Position numbers and translations under genes: made by a program
Assembly (NCBI GenBank): GCA_041393775.1
Contig: JAWKJM010000003.1
Coordinates: 30,811 to 94,810, forward strand
Source of the DNA: Candidatus Nanopelagicales bacterium
GTDB lineage: Bacteria; Actinomycetota; Actinomycetes; S36-B12; UBA10799
DNA: 64,000 bases
Direction: 5' to 3'
Shown: positions 8,272 through 16,731 of the stretch, piece after piece
Layout of the letters: each line of letters starts with the position of its first letter
How positions within the stretch are numbered: position 1 is the stretch's first letter
The notes under the pieces: model-generated
What the model was told of the DNA's origin: nothing
Seen by the model: only the letters and a program-made list of their open reading frames with translations
The model's database searches: none

Positions 8272-9945
8272 CTACAACCGGAAGATCCAGTTCACCAGGC
8301 TCGCCCCGGCCAGCCCGTCGACCGGGGATTGCTGCCCGGCAGTCAACCGGTAGGCGGTCGTGATCTGCGCCAGCAACTGTGTCTCCAGCGCCGTCCGGCC
8401 CCGGTTCAGTAGGGCCGCGACAGTGGCTGCCGGCACCGGCGGGCTGCCCGCCGCGGCCAAGCCGGCGACCAGCGGCTCGAACCTGGTGCGGTCCGACAGC
8501 GTCTCCACGAGCATCCCCCACAGCGCCAAGGCGCCGATCCGCCCGGCCAGGGTGCTCAAGATCGCCGGACGGTCGGTGGTCGAGGTCGCGGCCAGTTCAG
8601 TGAGCAGGTACCGGCCCTGCGCCCGGTACGCCCGCGCCTCGAGTTGCCCGGTGTCGGTGAAGGTCACCGTCGCACCCGCGGCCGCTCGGTCGTCGTGCGC
8701 GTGGGTGAGTTCGTGGACGACGTTGGAGCGGTCGCTGAGGTCGTAGATGTCCAGGGTCGTCTGCACGTAGATGGTGTCCCCCTTCGCGCCACTGGCCTGC
8801 GCGACGGTGGCGTAGAAGGCGACCATCGTCGCGGCACCCGGCAGAGAGGCGAACGCCGACGGGATCAACGCGTCCACCTTGATCCGGCCGGCGAGCACCT
8901 CCCCGGCCTCCGGCATCCCCGCGGCCTGCGCGATCGTGTAGACCATCGCGGCCAGTACGCGGTCGCCCGGCGAGCTGTCCGAGGCGGCGGCGAGCATCGC
9001 GGTCAGCACGTCGGGCACCGACACCCGGTGGTCCGCCGCCCAGTCGATGACATCCTCCGCGGTGTCCCTGTAACTGCCGGCCCGGCTGACGATCTCCCGC
9101 CGGGCAGCGGCGTCCGCGGTCGACAGCTCGGCGATCACCTGCCCCACTTCCAGGCTCGCCAGGGCCGCACGCGCCCGGGCCATGGGCGCAGTCACCGTTG
9201 CGGGAACGGTCTCCCGGCCGAGGTCCTCGACGGTCACCATGTTCGGCGTGATCGTAGCCAGCGGAAACGTGACAGACGCGGTGGCGTTGAGCGGGGTGGC
9301 CGCCAGGGTCGTGGCGTTGGCGGCCACCGTCAGCCCGGCCATGAACATCCGCTCGTGGTCGTCCACAGTCCCATGGGAGTTCAGCGCATCGGCTCGCAGT
9401 GCCCGCAACCCGCGGGTGTGAAGCACGCCGCCGCCGAGCAGGTTCTTGGCCAGTTGCATGAAGGAAAGCCGCAACTCGACGCCTGCCCGGAACTCGAAAC
9501 TCACCGGGTTGCCGAGGGCATCGTTCACGACCGCCCGGTGGACGAGCGCCGGCGCGACAGTCAAGGCCGGCGTCATGCCCGAGGCAGCGGCGACCGCCTG
9601 CACCTCAGCCGCCTGTCCCGGCTGCGACAGGCCCACCGGCTGCCTCGGGACCGACTGCACCACGTGTGCCGCCTCGTGAACCAGCAACTGCCGGCCCGGC
9701 ACAGACTGAGGGTCGTACCGGCCGGCGCCGAAGACGATGTGCCGACCCACCGTGAACGCCTGCGCCCGCAGCCGCTGCGCGGCACGTGCAGCCTGCGGAT
9801 CGGCGTGCACGGCCACATCGCCGAAGTCATGGCTGAAGCGACGGCCGAGGTCCGCGGCGACGTCGGTGGGCAGCCGCTGCCCCGCGTCGCGGGTGGCGGC
9901 CACCGCCTCGGCGGTCAGCGCACGCTGGGCCTCGTGCTCCCTCAT
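8272..9945 (-). CDS. DUF4157-domain protein with zincin-like HExxH motifs; putative eCIS cargo/effector, 557 aa
   Basis: I chose the start ATG at 9945 because it forms an ATGA overlap with the stop of the upstream ATPase gene; the longer ORF-track start at 10161 is Arg/Gly-rich junk. The block FSHDFGDVAVHADPQAARAAQRLRAQAFTVGRHIVFGAGRYDP...LLVHEAAHVVQ is the DUF4157 signature with HExxH. A second HExxH (VVHELTHAHDD) lies at about 8701-8718. Confidence 0.8.
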   Translation of the reverse strand: MREHEAQRALTAEAVAATRDAGQRLPTDVAADLGRRFSHDFGDVAVHADPQAARAAQRLRAQAFTVGRHIVFGAGRYDPQSVPGRQLLVHEAAHVVQSVPRQPVGLSQPGQAAEVQAVAAASGMTPALTVAPALVHRAVVNDALGNPVSFEFRAGVELRLSFMQLAKNLLGGGVLHTRGLRALRADALNSHGTVDDHERMFMAGLTVAANATTLAATPLNATASVTFPLATITPNMVTVEDLGRETVPATVTAPMARARAALASLEVGQVIAELSTADAAARREIVSRAGSYRDTAEDVIDWAADHRVSVPDVLTAMLAAASDSSPGDRVLAAMVYTIAQAAGMPEAGEVLAGRIKVDALIPSAFASLPGAATMVAFYATVAQASGAKGDTIYVQTTLDIYDLSDRSNVVHELTHAHDDRAAAGATVTFTDTGQLEARAYRAQGRYLLTELAATSTTDRPAILSTLAGRIGALALWGMLVETLSDRTRFEPLVAGLAAAGSPPVPAATVAALLNRGRTALETQLLAQITTAYRLTAGQQSPVDGLAGASLVNWIFRL

Positions 9946-11783
9946 GGCGCACCCCGCCTCGGGACCCGCCCGGACTTGGCCAGCTCCCAGCGCGCCGCGG
10001 TCCGCACGTGCTCCTCGCCGACCCCGCCACCGTCCTCGGCCGCCAGGTAGGCGGCGGTGAGCGCGACCGCGGCGATCCCTCCGCCCGGCAGATCGATGTC
10101 GGCCAACTGGCGCGGCTGCACACCGTCGGTCGGCGCATCGGCCGGGAAGACTCCCGCCCACAACCGTTCCCGCAGCCCCGGATCCGGGTACGGGAACGTG
10201 ACGACGGTGCGCAGTCGACGCAGGAACGCCGGGTCCAGCCCCGACCGCGCGTTGGTGGTGAGAATGGCCAGGCCACGGAACTGTTCCATGCGCTGCAGCA
10301 AATAGCCGACCTCGATGTTGGCGTAGCGGTCGTGACTGTCGCGCACCTCGGTGCGCTTGCCGAACAAGGCGTCCGCCTCGTCGAACAGCAACAGTGCGCC
10401 GCCGTTCTCAGCTGCGTCGAACACCCGCGCGAGGTTCTTCTCGGTCTCCCCGAGCCACTTGCTGACGACTCGGCTGAGGTCCACCTGCAGCAGGTCGAGA
10501 TCCAGGTCCCGGGCGATCACCTCGGCGGCCAGCGACTTGCCGGTGCCGCTCGGACCGGTGAACAGCGCGGTGGAGCCGAGCCCGCGCGGCCCTTGTTGCG
10601 CGAACCCCCAGTCGTCGAGGACGGTGCTGCGGTGCCGCACGGACGACGTCAGTGCCCGCAACTGCTCCATCTGCGCCTCCGGCAGTACGAGGTCGTCCCA
10701 TGTGGCCCGCGGGGTGATCAGGGTGGCCAGTCCGCCGGGATGGGAGCCCACCCGTGCCCGGCAGGCGGCCCACAGCGCCGCGCCGTCCGCGACCTCCCCG
10801 GCGATCTCCTCGATCTCGGGCAGGGACACGTCGAAGACGGCGGCTGCCACGTCCGAGTCCGCTGCCGGCACCGTGCATCCGGCCCGGCGCAGGGCCGAGG
10901 AGAGCACCTCGCGTCGCTCGGCCACCTCGAGTCGGTCGATGCGCACCTCGACGGCGTCGGGCACCGCCTGCACCGACAGCAGGGCGACCGGGGCATGCAA
11001 GCCACCCAGTGCGGTGATCCCGTCGGCCGGGCCACCGGTCAGGTCCACCAGCCAGGCGGCCCCGCCGAGGACTGTCTCGCGTTCCATCCGACGCAAGAAG
11101 TCCCACCGTGCCAGCGGATCGGCCGGCACGTCACCGGCATCCAGTGCGTAGCCGGTGAGACCCACCCGCTCGGCGGCACCGGCGAACACCGCGTACACGT
11201 TGCCCCGCTGCATGCCGTTCAGCACCACCGGCCGGTCGGCACGCCATGCCGCGACCACCTCCCCGACCGCGGCCGACAGCGTCGCGGGCAGCCAACCGGC
11301 CGCGGGTACTGGCCGGCCAACCGCCGCGAGCCGCACGTCGAGATGCCCGGTGCCGGCGAGGTGGTTCAGCACCCGCTCGTCGACGGTCAGCGGGCTGCGG
11401 ACTGCGGACACGGGGTCGAGCAACTCCACGAGCCCCCAGTGCCGCAAGGGGCCCGGCGGCGTCACCGCGCTCCAGTGGGCGCCGGGCAGCACCGACATCG
11501 CACCCGCGAAAGTGATCCGGTCCCCGGCGCCGAGGGTGGCGATGTCCGCGACGGACTCGCCCACCAGATCGGGCCCGGCCGCCAGCAGCAGCACGGACCG
11601 CTCGAATCCGGTGAGCCCGAACCCGTCGGCGATCTCTCCCAGGCTGCTGCGGCCGTCGAGCAGTTCCCGCGCCTGCGTCAGGTTCTGGGCCTGCTCGTCC
11701 CCGGACTCCCCGCGCACCAACGCCCGCAGCCAGTCGAGTTCGGCTGCCACCGCATCCCGGTTGCGCAACGGTCGGGCTGTCAC
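9942..11783 (-). CDS. AAA+ ATPase of contractile injection systems (Afp15/Cis15-like), 613 aa
   Basis: Walker A is FTGPSGTGKSLAAEV and Walker B is ALLLFDEADALFGKR. The GTG start overlaps the upstream stop (GTGA, 11780-11783). It sits between the DUF4255 and DUF4157 genes, as in eCIS loci. Confidence 0.85.
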   Translation of the reverse strand: MTARPLRNRDAVAAELDWLRALVRGESGDEQAQNLTQARELLDGRSSLGEIADGFGLTGFERSVLLLAAGPDLVGESVADIATLGAGDRITFAGAMSVLPGAHWSAVTPPGPLRHWGLVELLDPVSAVRSPLTVDERVLNHLAGTGHLDVRLAAVGRPVPAAGWLPATLSAAVGEVVAAWRADRPVVLNGMQRGNVYAVFAGAAERVGLTGYALDAGDVPADPLARWDFLRRMERETVLGGAAWLVDLTGGPADGITALGGLHAPVALLSVQAVPDAVEVRIDRLEVAERREVLSSALRRAGCTVPAADSDVAAAVFDVSLPEIEEIAGEVADGAALWAACRARVGSHPGGLATLITPRATWDDLVLPEAQMEQLRALTSSVRHRSTVLDDWGFAQQGPRGLGSTALFTGPSGTGKSLAAEVIARDLDLDLLQVDLSRVVSKWLGETEKNLARVFDAAENGGALLLFDEADALFGKRTEVRDSHDRYANIEVGYLLQRMEQFRGLAILTTNARSGLDPAFLRRLRTVVTFPYPDPGLRERLWAGVFPADAPTDGVQPRQLADIDLPGGGIAAVALTAAYLAAEDGGGVGEEHVRTAARWELAKSGRVPRRGAP

Positions 11784-13012
11784 GGCAGGCTCAATCGCGG
11801 CTCGGAGTACACCTCGCCGTCGAGTTCCGGCAGGCTGTCTGCGCCGTCGACGGTCACGCGTATCAGCCAGTCCCCGTCGGGGATGTCATCACGGCGCAGC
11901 TCCACGGCCGGGGACGGGGCCGCATCCGGGGGTAGCACGTCCAGGCCGAAGCGCAACGACTGCGGCTCCCCGGGGGTCAACCGGGTCAACCGCACTTCCG
12001 CGCGCTGACCCGGGTACAGCGCAGGGACGACCGCCAGCGATACCACGGTGGCCGACACGGCGTCCACTGCGACCGTGGGCCGCACCAGCACCGGGACGCT
12101 GTTGGAACGCGCGGTCACCCGGGTGACGCCGTCAGTGGTGGCACTGTGCACGACCTGCAGCGCGTGGATCCCGGCAGGCACTACCGCCGGCACCACCACT
12201 CGCAGGCGATCGGGTCCGGTGGCGACCGGCGTCAGCGACTCCGCACCGATCCGCACCACCGTGGCGGTGCTCAGCAAGCCACTGCCGACCACGTGCAACT
12301 CGGTGCCGGTCAGCACGGGTCCGTGCGCTGGATCGGTGTCCACCGAGCGAATGCGTGGTGGGGCGATCGGCGCCACCCCGACGCTGCGCTGCCGCACCGG
12401 TAGCACGACCCGAGGGCTGACGTCCGCCTCCAGCAGCACGACGGTCGCCGTGTAGGCCAGCGACAGCAGGTACGGTGCACCCAGCATCCCCCACAGCCGT
12501 GACATCTCCTCGAGCGTCACCGCCGCCGGCGCCAGTTTGACCAGTTCCACCTGATCGGCGAGATCCGCGTCGGCCAGGAAAGCGGTGGCGATGTCCCCGT
12601 CGTACTGGTCGAGCGCCGCTGCCACCAGGTCGCGGGTGAGCACCGGGGTCATCGCCAGCGCCAGCACGGCCCGGCCGAGCAGGCGCTGGGCGTCCAGGTG
12701 GGTGTCGTCGCCGAAGCAGGAGATCAGGTAGTGCAGGTCCAGCGCCGCTACCGGCCTGTGCGACAGCGACCCGTCGGCGCGGCGGGTCGGTAGATCGGTC
12801 AGGTTCCACGCGTGGTTGGGCGTGACCTGGTGCAAGTAGACGTTGATCCCCTTCGCAGGCTCGCCGAGATCGTCGTGCGCGGCGACCTGGTCCGGGCGCA
12901 TGGTCGTGACCGCGGCCGAACCCACCGGGCCGGGCTGCGGTCCGCCGAGCGCCTGGCTGAGCACGAACCGGATGGTCGAGGTCACCGCCGCGATCGCCAG
13001 CGTGTTGCTCAT
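11780..13012 (-). CDS. DUF4255 (Pvc16/Afp16-like tail terminator/cap) protein with Ig/TIG-like C-terminal extension, 410 aa
   Basis: The N-terminus MSNTLAIAAVTSTIRFVLSQAL...INVYLHQVTPN is typical of the Pvc16 N-terminal domain. The C-terminal part, PRIRSVDTDPAHGPVLTGTELHVVGSGL...VVRIG, looks like a TIG/IPT fold. There is an ATGA overlap at 13009-13012. Confidence 0.8.
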   Translation of the reverse strand: MSNTLAIAAVTSTIRFVLSQALGGPQPGPVGSAAVTTMRPDQVAAHDDLGEPAKGINVYLHQVTPNHAWNLTDLPTRRADGSLSHRPVAALDLHYLISCFGDDTHLDAQRLLGRAVLALAMTPVLTRDLVAAALDQYDGDIATAFLADADLADQVELVKLAPAAVTLEEMSRLWGMLGAPYLLSLAYTATVVLLEADVSPRVVLPVRQRSVGVAPIAPPRIRSVDTDPAHGPVLTGTELHVVGSGLLSTATVVRIGAESLTPVATGPDRLRVVVPAVVPAGIHALQVVHSATTDGVTRVTARSNSVPVLVRPTVAVDAVSATVVSLAVVPALYPGQRAEVRLTRLTPGEPQSLRFGLDVLPPDAAPSPAVELRRDDIPDGDWLIRVTVDGADSLPELDGEVYSEPRLSLP

Positions 13013-13824
13013 CGCCGGTCCTCCCGCCGTGCCGCGAGGTACTCGCCGAGGTCGGGGCCGGGCTTCGTCCGCGGTTCAGACGCCGCAGCCGGTGGCCGCA
13101 CCTCCACCCGTGCGATATGCACGTTCACCTGTGGTCTGCCATCAACCACGAGCTGCTCCACCACCGGCTCCGCCGCAATCCGCACCACGTCGGCGTCGGC
13201 ACGCCCCGAGGGTGCGCCGACCGCCGTGGGCCCCACCACGCGCTCGTCGACGAGTGCGGGGACGACGTGCTCGGCCAGCAACCCGGGCGGGACTGCGTCA
13301 ACCTCGGGAGCCACGGGCTCGGGCTCCGGCGGCCGAGTGCTGGTGGGAACCGGCTCCGCTGCGGGAACCGGCTGTGGTCCCGGCTGCACCGCCCGCGCAA
13401 CGGCAGGCATAGGCCGGACCACAGGCGTCACCGGCGCGGGCGCCCCCCGTGCGGGCGCCCGGGTCGCGGGGGACTGGGTCGAGGAGGCACGCTCGGCCGC
13501 CGGTTCGACCGGCGGCACGGGATCGGCCACTGGTTCCGCCGATGGCACGGCCTGCACGATTGGGCCCACCGGGGGCTCCGGCTGAGCAGCCGGGTTCCGC
13601 GGCGGGCCGGGCTCGGCAACCGGGCCCCGAGTCCTGCCGGGTGGGGCGACCGGCGCTGCCACCACTTCGGGGGCGACTCGCTGTGTGGCGGCCGGTTGCA
13701 CTGGACCGATCGCCGTCTCCGGCGCCGCCACAGCCTCCGATTCGAACACCGACCGCGGTCGCATGGACACCGTCAGCGCCGTCCCCGAGGCGAGGGCGGC
13801 CAGCCGGTCCAGGGCTCTGCTCAT
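13009..13824 (-). CDS. Pro/Ala-rich hypothetical protein; possible tape-measure/length-determinant analogue, 271 aa
   Basis: The internal start ATG at 13824 forms an ATGA overlap with the stop of the upstream gene; the rest of ORF-track 13009..14949 overlaps real genes in other frames. The centre is low complexity (PEPPVGP, PVPPVEP, PEPEPVAPE). The ordered C-terminus reads VVEQLVVDGRPQVNVHIARVEVRP. The role is inferred from position only. Confidence 0.55.
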   Translation of the reverse strand: MSRALDRLAALASGTALTVSMRPRSVFESEAVAAPETAIGPVQPAATQRVAPEVVAAPVAPPGRTRGPVAEPGPPRNPAAQPEPPVGPIVQAVPSAEPVADPVPPVEPAAERASSTQSPATRAPARGAPAPVTPVVRPMPAVARAVQPGPQPVPAAEPVPTSTRPPEPEPVAPEVDAVPPGLLAEHVVPALVDERVVGPTAVGAPSGRADADVVRIAAEPVVEQLVVDGRPQVNVHIARVEVRPPAAASEPRTKPGPDLGEYLAARREDRR

Positions 13825-14489
13825 CGAGCCGCCAGTTGCAGATAGGCGCTGCGCCGTGCCGGCGACAGGGCGAGGATCTCCGGCTCGGTCCAGCCGTACG
13901 CGGCGGCCAGTGCCGCGACGTCCTGCAACAACCCCGGTGCGGTCGCCGCCACCTGCTGCCACAACAACCCGGCCGCATCGACCACCCCGGTGACCTGCTC
14001 GCCGCAGTCCGGGCACTGTGCACGCACCTCTGGCACGGCATCCCCGGCGAGTTCTTCGAAGGCCTGTTCCACCAATTCCAGATCCGCGGCGGTCAGCTCC
14101 TGCCAGCCGTCGACGCACCGCTCCAGCAGCACCTTCCGGGCATCGGGGCGACCGCCCGCGGCCAGCAGGTCCCGCACCGTGGGGCAGCGCACCGACACCT
14201 CCCCGAAAGACACCGGGCACTGCACGGATGCCACACGGGCCCCTACCATCTGGCCCAGCGCCAGCTGCAGGTCCAGCAGGGTCCCGCACCGCTGGCAGGT
14301 GAGCACCACGTCGACCAAGTCCGCCAATGACTGCGCCGCCACCACAGCCACCTCGGCGACCGGGCGGTCGACCCACGGGCTGCCGTCCAACGCCGTGAGC
14401 ACGGCCGCCCCCCGCACCGGCTCGGGCGCACGTTCCCCGGCCTCCCAGGCCGCGAGCAGCGTCGCTGGATCCTGCAGGCCGGGTCGCAT
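13821..14489 (-). CDS. Conserved-position eCIS hypothetical protein with split zinc-ribbon-like Cys pairs, 222 aa
   Basis: The ORF starts 3 nt after the tube-gene stop. It has CQRC ... C ... C ... C ... CPDC cysteines (CQRCGTLLDL..., AQCPDCGEQV). Third-position GC is high. I recognise no family with certainty. Confidence 0.6.
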   Translation of the reverse strand: MRPGLQDPATLLAAWEAGERAPEPVRGAAVLTALDGSPWVDRPVAEVAVVAAQSLADLVDVVLTCQRCGTLLDLQLALGQMVGARVASVQCPVSFGEVSVRCPTVRDLLAAGGRPDARKVLLERCVDGWQELTAADLELVEQAFEELAGDAVPEVRAQCPDCGEQVTGVVDAAGLLWQQVAATAPGLLQDVAALAAAYGWTEPEILALSPARRSAYLQLAAR

Positions 14490-14492
14490 GGG

Positions 14493-15014
14493 CTACGGCT
14501 CCACGAACGACGGTTCCGTCGGTTCGGTCACGGAGATGTCGCGCTCCCAGCCCTCGTTCTCCAACTTGATGCTCTGGATGGCCACCGCGTTGGCGTTCGC
14601 ATCGAGCTCCGGCAGCGCCTCGAACTCCGACACCCAGCACCGGTAGACGTGGTAGGCGATCACGAGTTGGCCGGCCTCGTTGTACATCTCCAGGATGATG
14701 TCCTTGCGGAAGTCCTTCAGCGATGTCTCGGCTCCGAGCCCGGAACCGTAGTTCCAGACTTTGTTCGCCCACCGCTCGAACTCCACGTCGTGGGTGACAC
14801 CGCGGTGCAGCATGATCGCCTCGAACTCCGAGCGCCCGGGCGACTTGCGACTGCTGCTCGGGTCGCCGCCACTGCGGTGCTTGACGACTTCGGTGGTGCG
14901 TTTGAGCGCCCCGACCTTGCTGACGCCAGCCACGTAGCGGCCGTCCCACTTGACCCGGAACTTGAAGTTCTTGTACGGGTCGAAGCGATTGGCATTGACC
15001 GTGAACTCAGCCAT
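14493..15014 (-). CDS. Contractile-tail tube protein (T4 gp19-like, Afp1/Cis1-type), 173 aa
   Basis: MAEFTVNANRFDPYKNFKFRVKWDGRYVAGVSKVGALKRTTEVVKHRSGGDPS is the classic conserved phage-tail-region tube signature. It lies immediately downstream of the sheath gene. Confidence 0.9.
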   Translation of the reverse strand: MAEFTVNANRFDPYKNFKFRVKWDGRYVAGVSKVGALKRTTEVVKHRSGGDPSSSRKSPGRSEFEAIMLHRGVTHDVEFERWANKVWNYGSGLGAETSLKDFRKDIILEMYNEAGQLVIAYHVYRCWVSEFEALPELDANANAVAIQSIKLENEGWERDISVTEPTEPSFVEP

Positions 15015-15029
15015 GGGTTCCTCGCTCTC

Positions 15030-16580
15030 TCACGCGCCCGCCGCAGCGGTCTTCTGCTGGATGCTGATGATCACGAACTCGGCGGGCTTCAGCGGAGCGA
15101 ACCCGACGAGGATGTTCACGATCCCGCGGTCGATGTCGTACGCAGTGGTCGTGTCCGCGTCGCAGCGCACGAAGTAAGCGTCGCGCGGGGTTGCCCCCTG
15201 GAACGCCCCCCGCCGGAACAGGTCCTGCATGAACGCGCCGAGCGACACCCGTATCTGCGCCCACAGGGGCTCGTCGTTGGGTTCGAAGACCACCCACTGC
15301 GTGCCGCGGAAGAGACTCTCCTCGAGGAACAGCGCGAGCCGGCGCACCGGCACGTACTTGTACTCGTCGCTCAGGATGTCGGACCCACGCAGGGTGCGCG
15401 CCCCCCACACGACCGGCCCAACCCCGCGGAAGGTACGCAAGCAGTTGATGCCCAGCGGATTCAGCCGGCCGTTCTCGGCGTCGGTCAGCGGCACCGTCAA
15501 GCCACTTACCCCGGCCAGCCCCGCCTCGGTACCCGCCGGCGCCTTCCACACCCCGCGGGCGGCATCGGCGCGCGCAAACGTGCCGGCAACGGCCCCGCAC
15601 GCCGCGAAGTCGGCGGCCGCGCCGCCCCGCAGCGGGTCGGGCCGTCGGATGCGCGGGAAGTACAGCGCGGCGTTGCGCATGTTCACGCCGGTCAACGCGC
15701 CGTCCCCGGCCGCCCAGTCGTCGATGTTCGCAGCAGTGGCGGTGGCAGGCGCGTCGACGATCAGGAAGGCCCGTCGCCGCGCACAGAAAGCGGCCGCATC
15801 GGCCCACAGATCGTCGGGCACGTCGGTGGCCGGGGTGGGCGGCGGGATGCACAGGATGTTGAACAGATCCGCGCGCAACAGGGCGAACATGCCGGTCTTG
15901 TCGTCCTCGTCCCCGCTGTAGTCGGCCAGGCCCGGGGCATCGCCGTCGGCACCCTCGGTGGCGACGGTGTAGATGTCCTCGTCCGGTCTGTCATCGGGCA
16001 GGTCACCGTCCACCTCCACCAGGCCGGAGGCCGCCAGCACCACGTCGACCCGGCGCGGGCCGTCCGCGACCGTGACATTGAGGTAGGTCTCACTGGGCGC
16101 GTCGTCCGCATCGGACTCCCGGACCACCACGCTGAACAGGTCGTCGGCCTGAACTCCCTGCGCCTGCGCGATGTCTTCGGCGTCCTGCCCGCTCGGGTGC
16201 GTGACCTCGACGACCAGGGTGTTGGCCCATGCCCCGGGGCCGGTCGCCACGAGCGGCAGGCCACCGGCGTCCACGGTGGCGCTCGATGCGCTGTCGTCCG
16301 GGGCGTTCTCATCGGTGTGCACGACCCGTACGACGAGCGCCTCGCCGCCGCCGTTGAGGTAGAAGTCGCGCACTGCGTACCCCAGACCACTGCGGCGCCA
16401 CAACCCCCCGAAGGCCCGCTCGAAGTCCGCGAAACTGGCGATCGGTACCGGCTCGTCGACGGGACCGCGCAAGGCCGCGCCGACGAAAGCCGTGATCGAA
16501 GTGGCGACCCCGGTGACTGTGCGGCTGCCGCTGGGCAACTCCTGGACGTACACCCCCGGGTAACTGGTCGTGACCGTCAT
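15030..16580 (-). CDS. Contractile-tail sheath protein (Afp2/Cis2-type), 516 aa
   Basis: The N-terminus SYPGVYVQELPSGSRTVTGVATSITAFVGAALRGP and the C-terminus GINCLRTFRGVGPVVWGARTL...YKYVPVRRL are hallmark sheath motifs. Confidence 0.9.
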   Translation of the reverse strand: MTVTTSYPGVYVQELPSGSRTVTGVATSITAFVGAALRGPVDEPVPIASFADFERAFGGLWRRSGLGYAVRDFYLNGGGEALVVRVVHTDENAPDDSASSATVDAGGLPLVATGPGAWANTLVVEVTHPSGQDAEDIAQAQGVQADDLFSVVVRESDADDAPSETYLNVTVADGPRRVDVVLAASGLVEVDGDLPDDRPDEDIYTVATEGADGDAPGLADYSGDEDDKTGMFALLRADLFNILCIPPPTPATDVPDDLWADAAAFCARRRAFLIVDAPATATAANIDDWAAGDGALTGVNMRNAALYFPRIRRPDPLRGGAAADFAACGAVAGTFARADAARGVWKAPAGTEAGLAGVSGLTVPLTDAENGRLNPLGINCLRTFRGVGPVVWGARTLRGSDILSDEYKYVPVRRLALFLEESLFRGTQWVVFEPNDEPLWAQIRVSLGAFMQDLFRRGAFQGATPRDAYFVRCDADTTTAYDIDRGIVNILVGFAPLKPAEFVIISIQQKTAAAGA

Positions 16581-16731
16581 GTTCGCTCCTCAGCACGGTT
16601 GCCCCGACCCTGCCGAGCCGGCGTCACAGTCGCGTCACCGACGGGTCACGCGGGCCCAGGCGCCTCACAACCTCTGTCGATCCTCGACCAGCCACTGCCG
16701 TGGCGTTCAGGCGGGGGCGGAGACCGCTCGC

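Noticed and set aside
10008-12008. 666-aa + strand ORF antisense to the AAA+ ATPase gene
   Set aside because: It has shadow-ORF composition (R, G, P, H rich), whereas the opposite strand carries clear Walker A and B motifs.
13009-14949. 646-aa minus-strand ORF spanning the tube gene, the Cys protein and the Pro-rich protein
   Set aside because: Only the last 271 codons are plausible, from the ATGA-coupled start at 13824. The upstream part overlaps the tube and 222-aa genes in other frames and is Arg/Gly junk.
1-16580. Interpreting the tail genes as a myovirus prophage or R-type tailocin
   Set aside because: The dedicated AAA+ ATPase, DUF4255 and DUF4157 genes point to an eCIS, and the window has no capsid, terminase, integrase or lysis genes. 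The region upstream of nt 1 is unseen, so this is not absolute.
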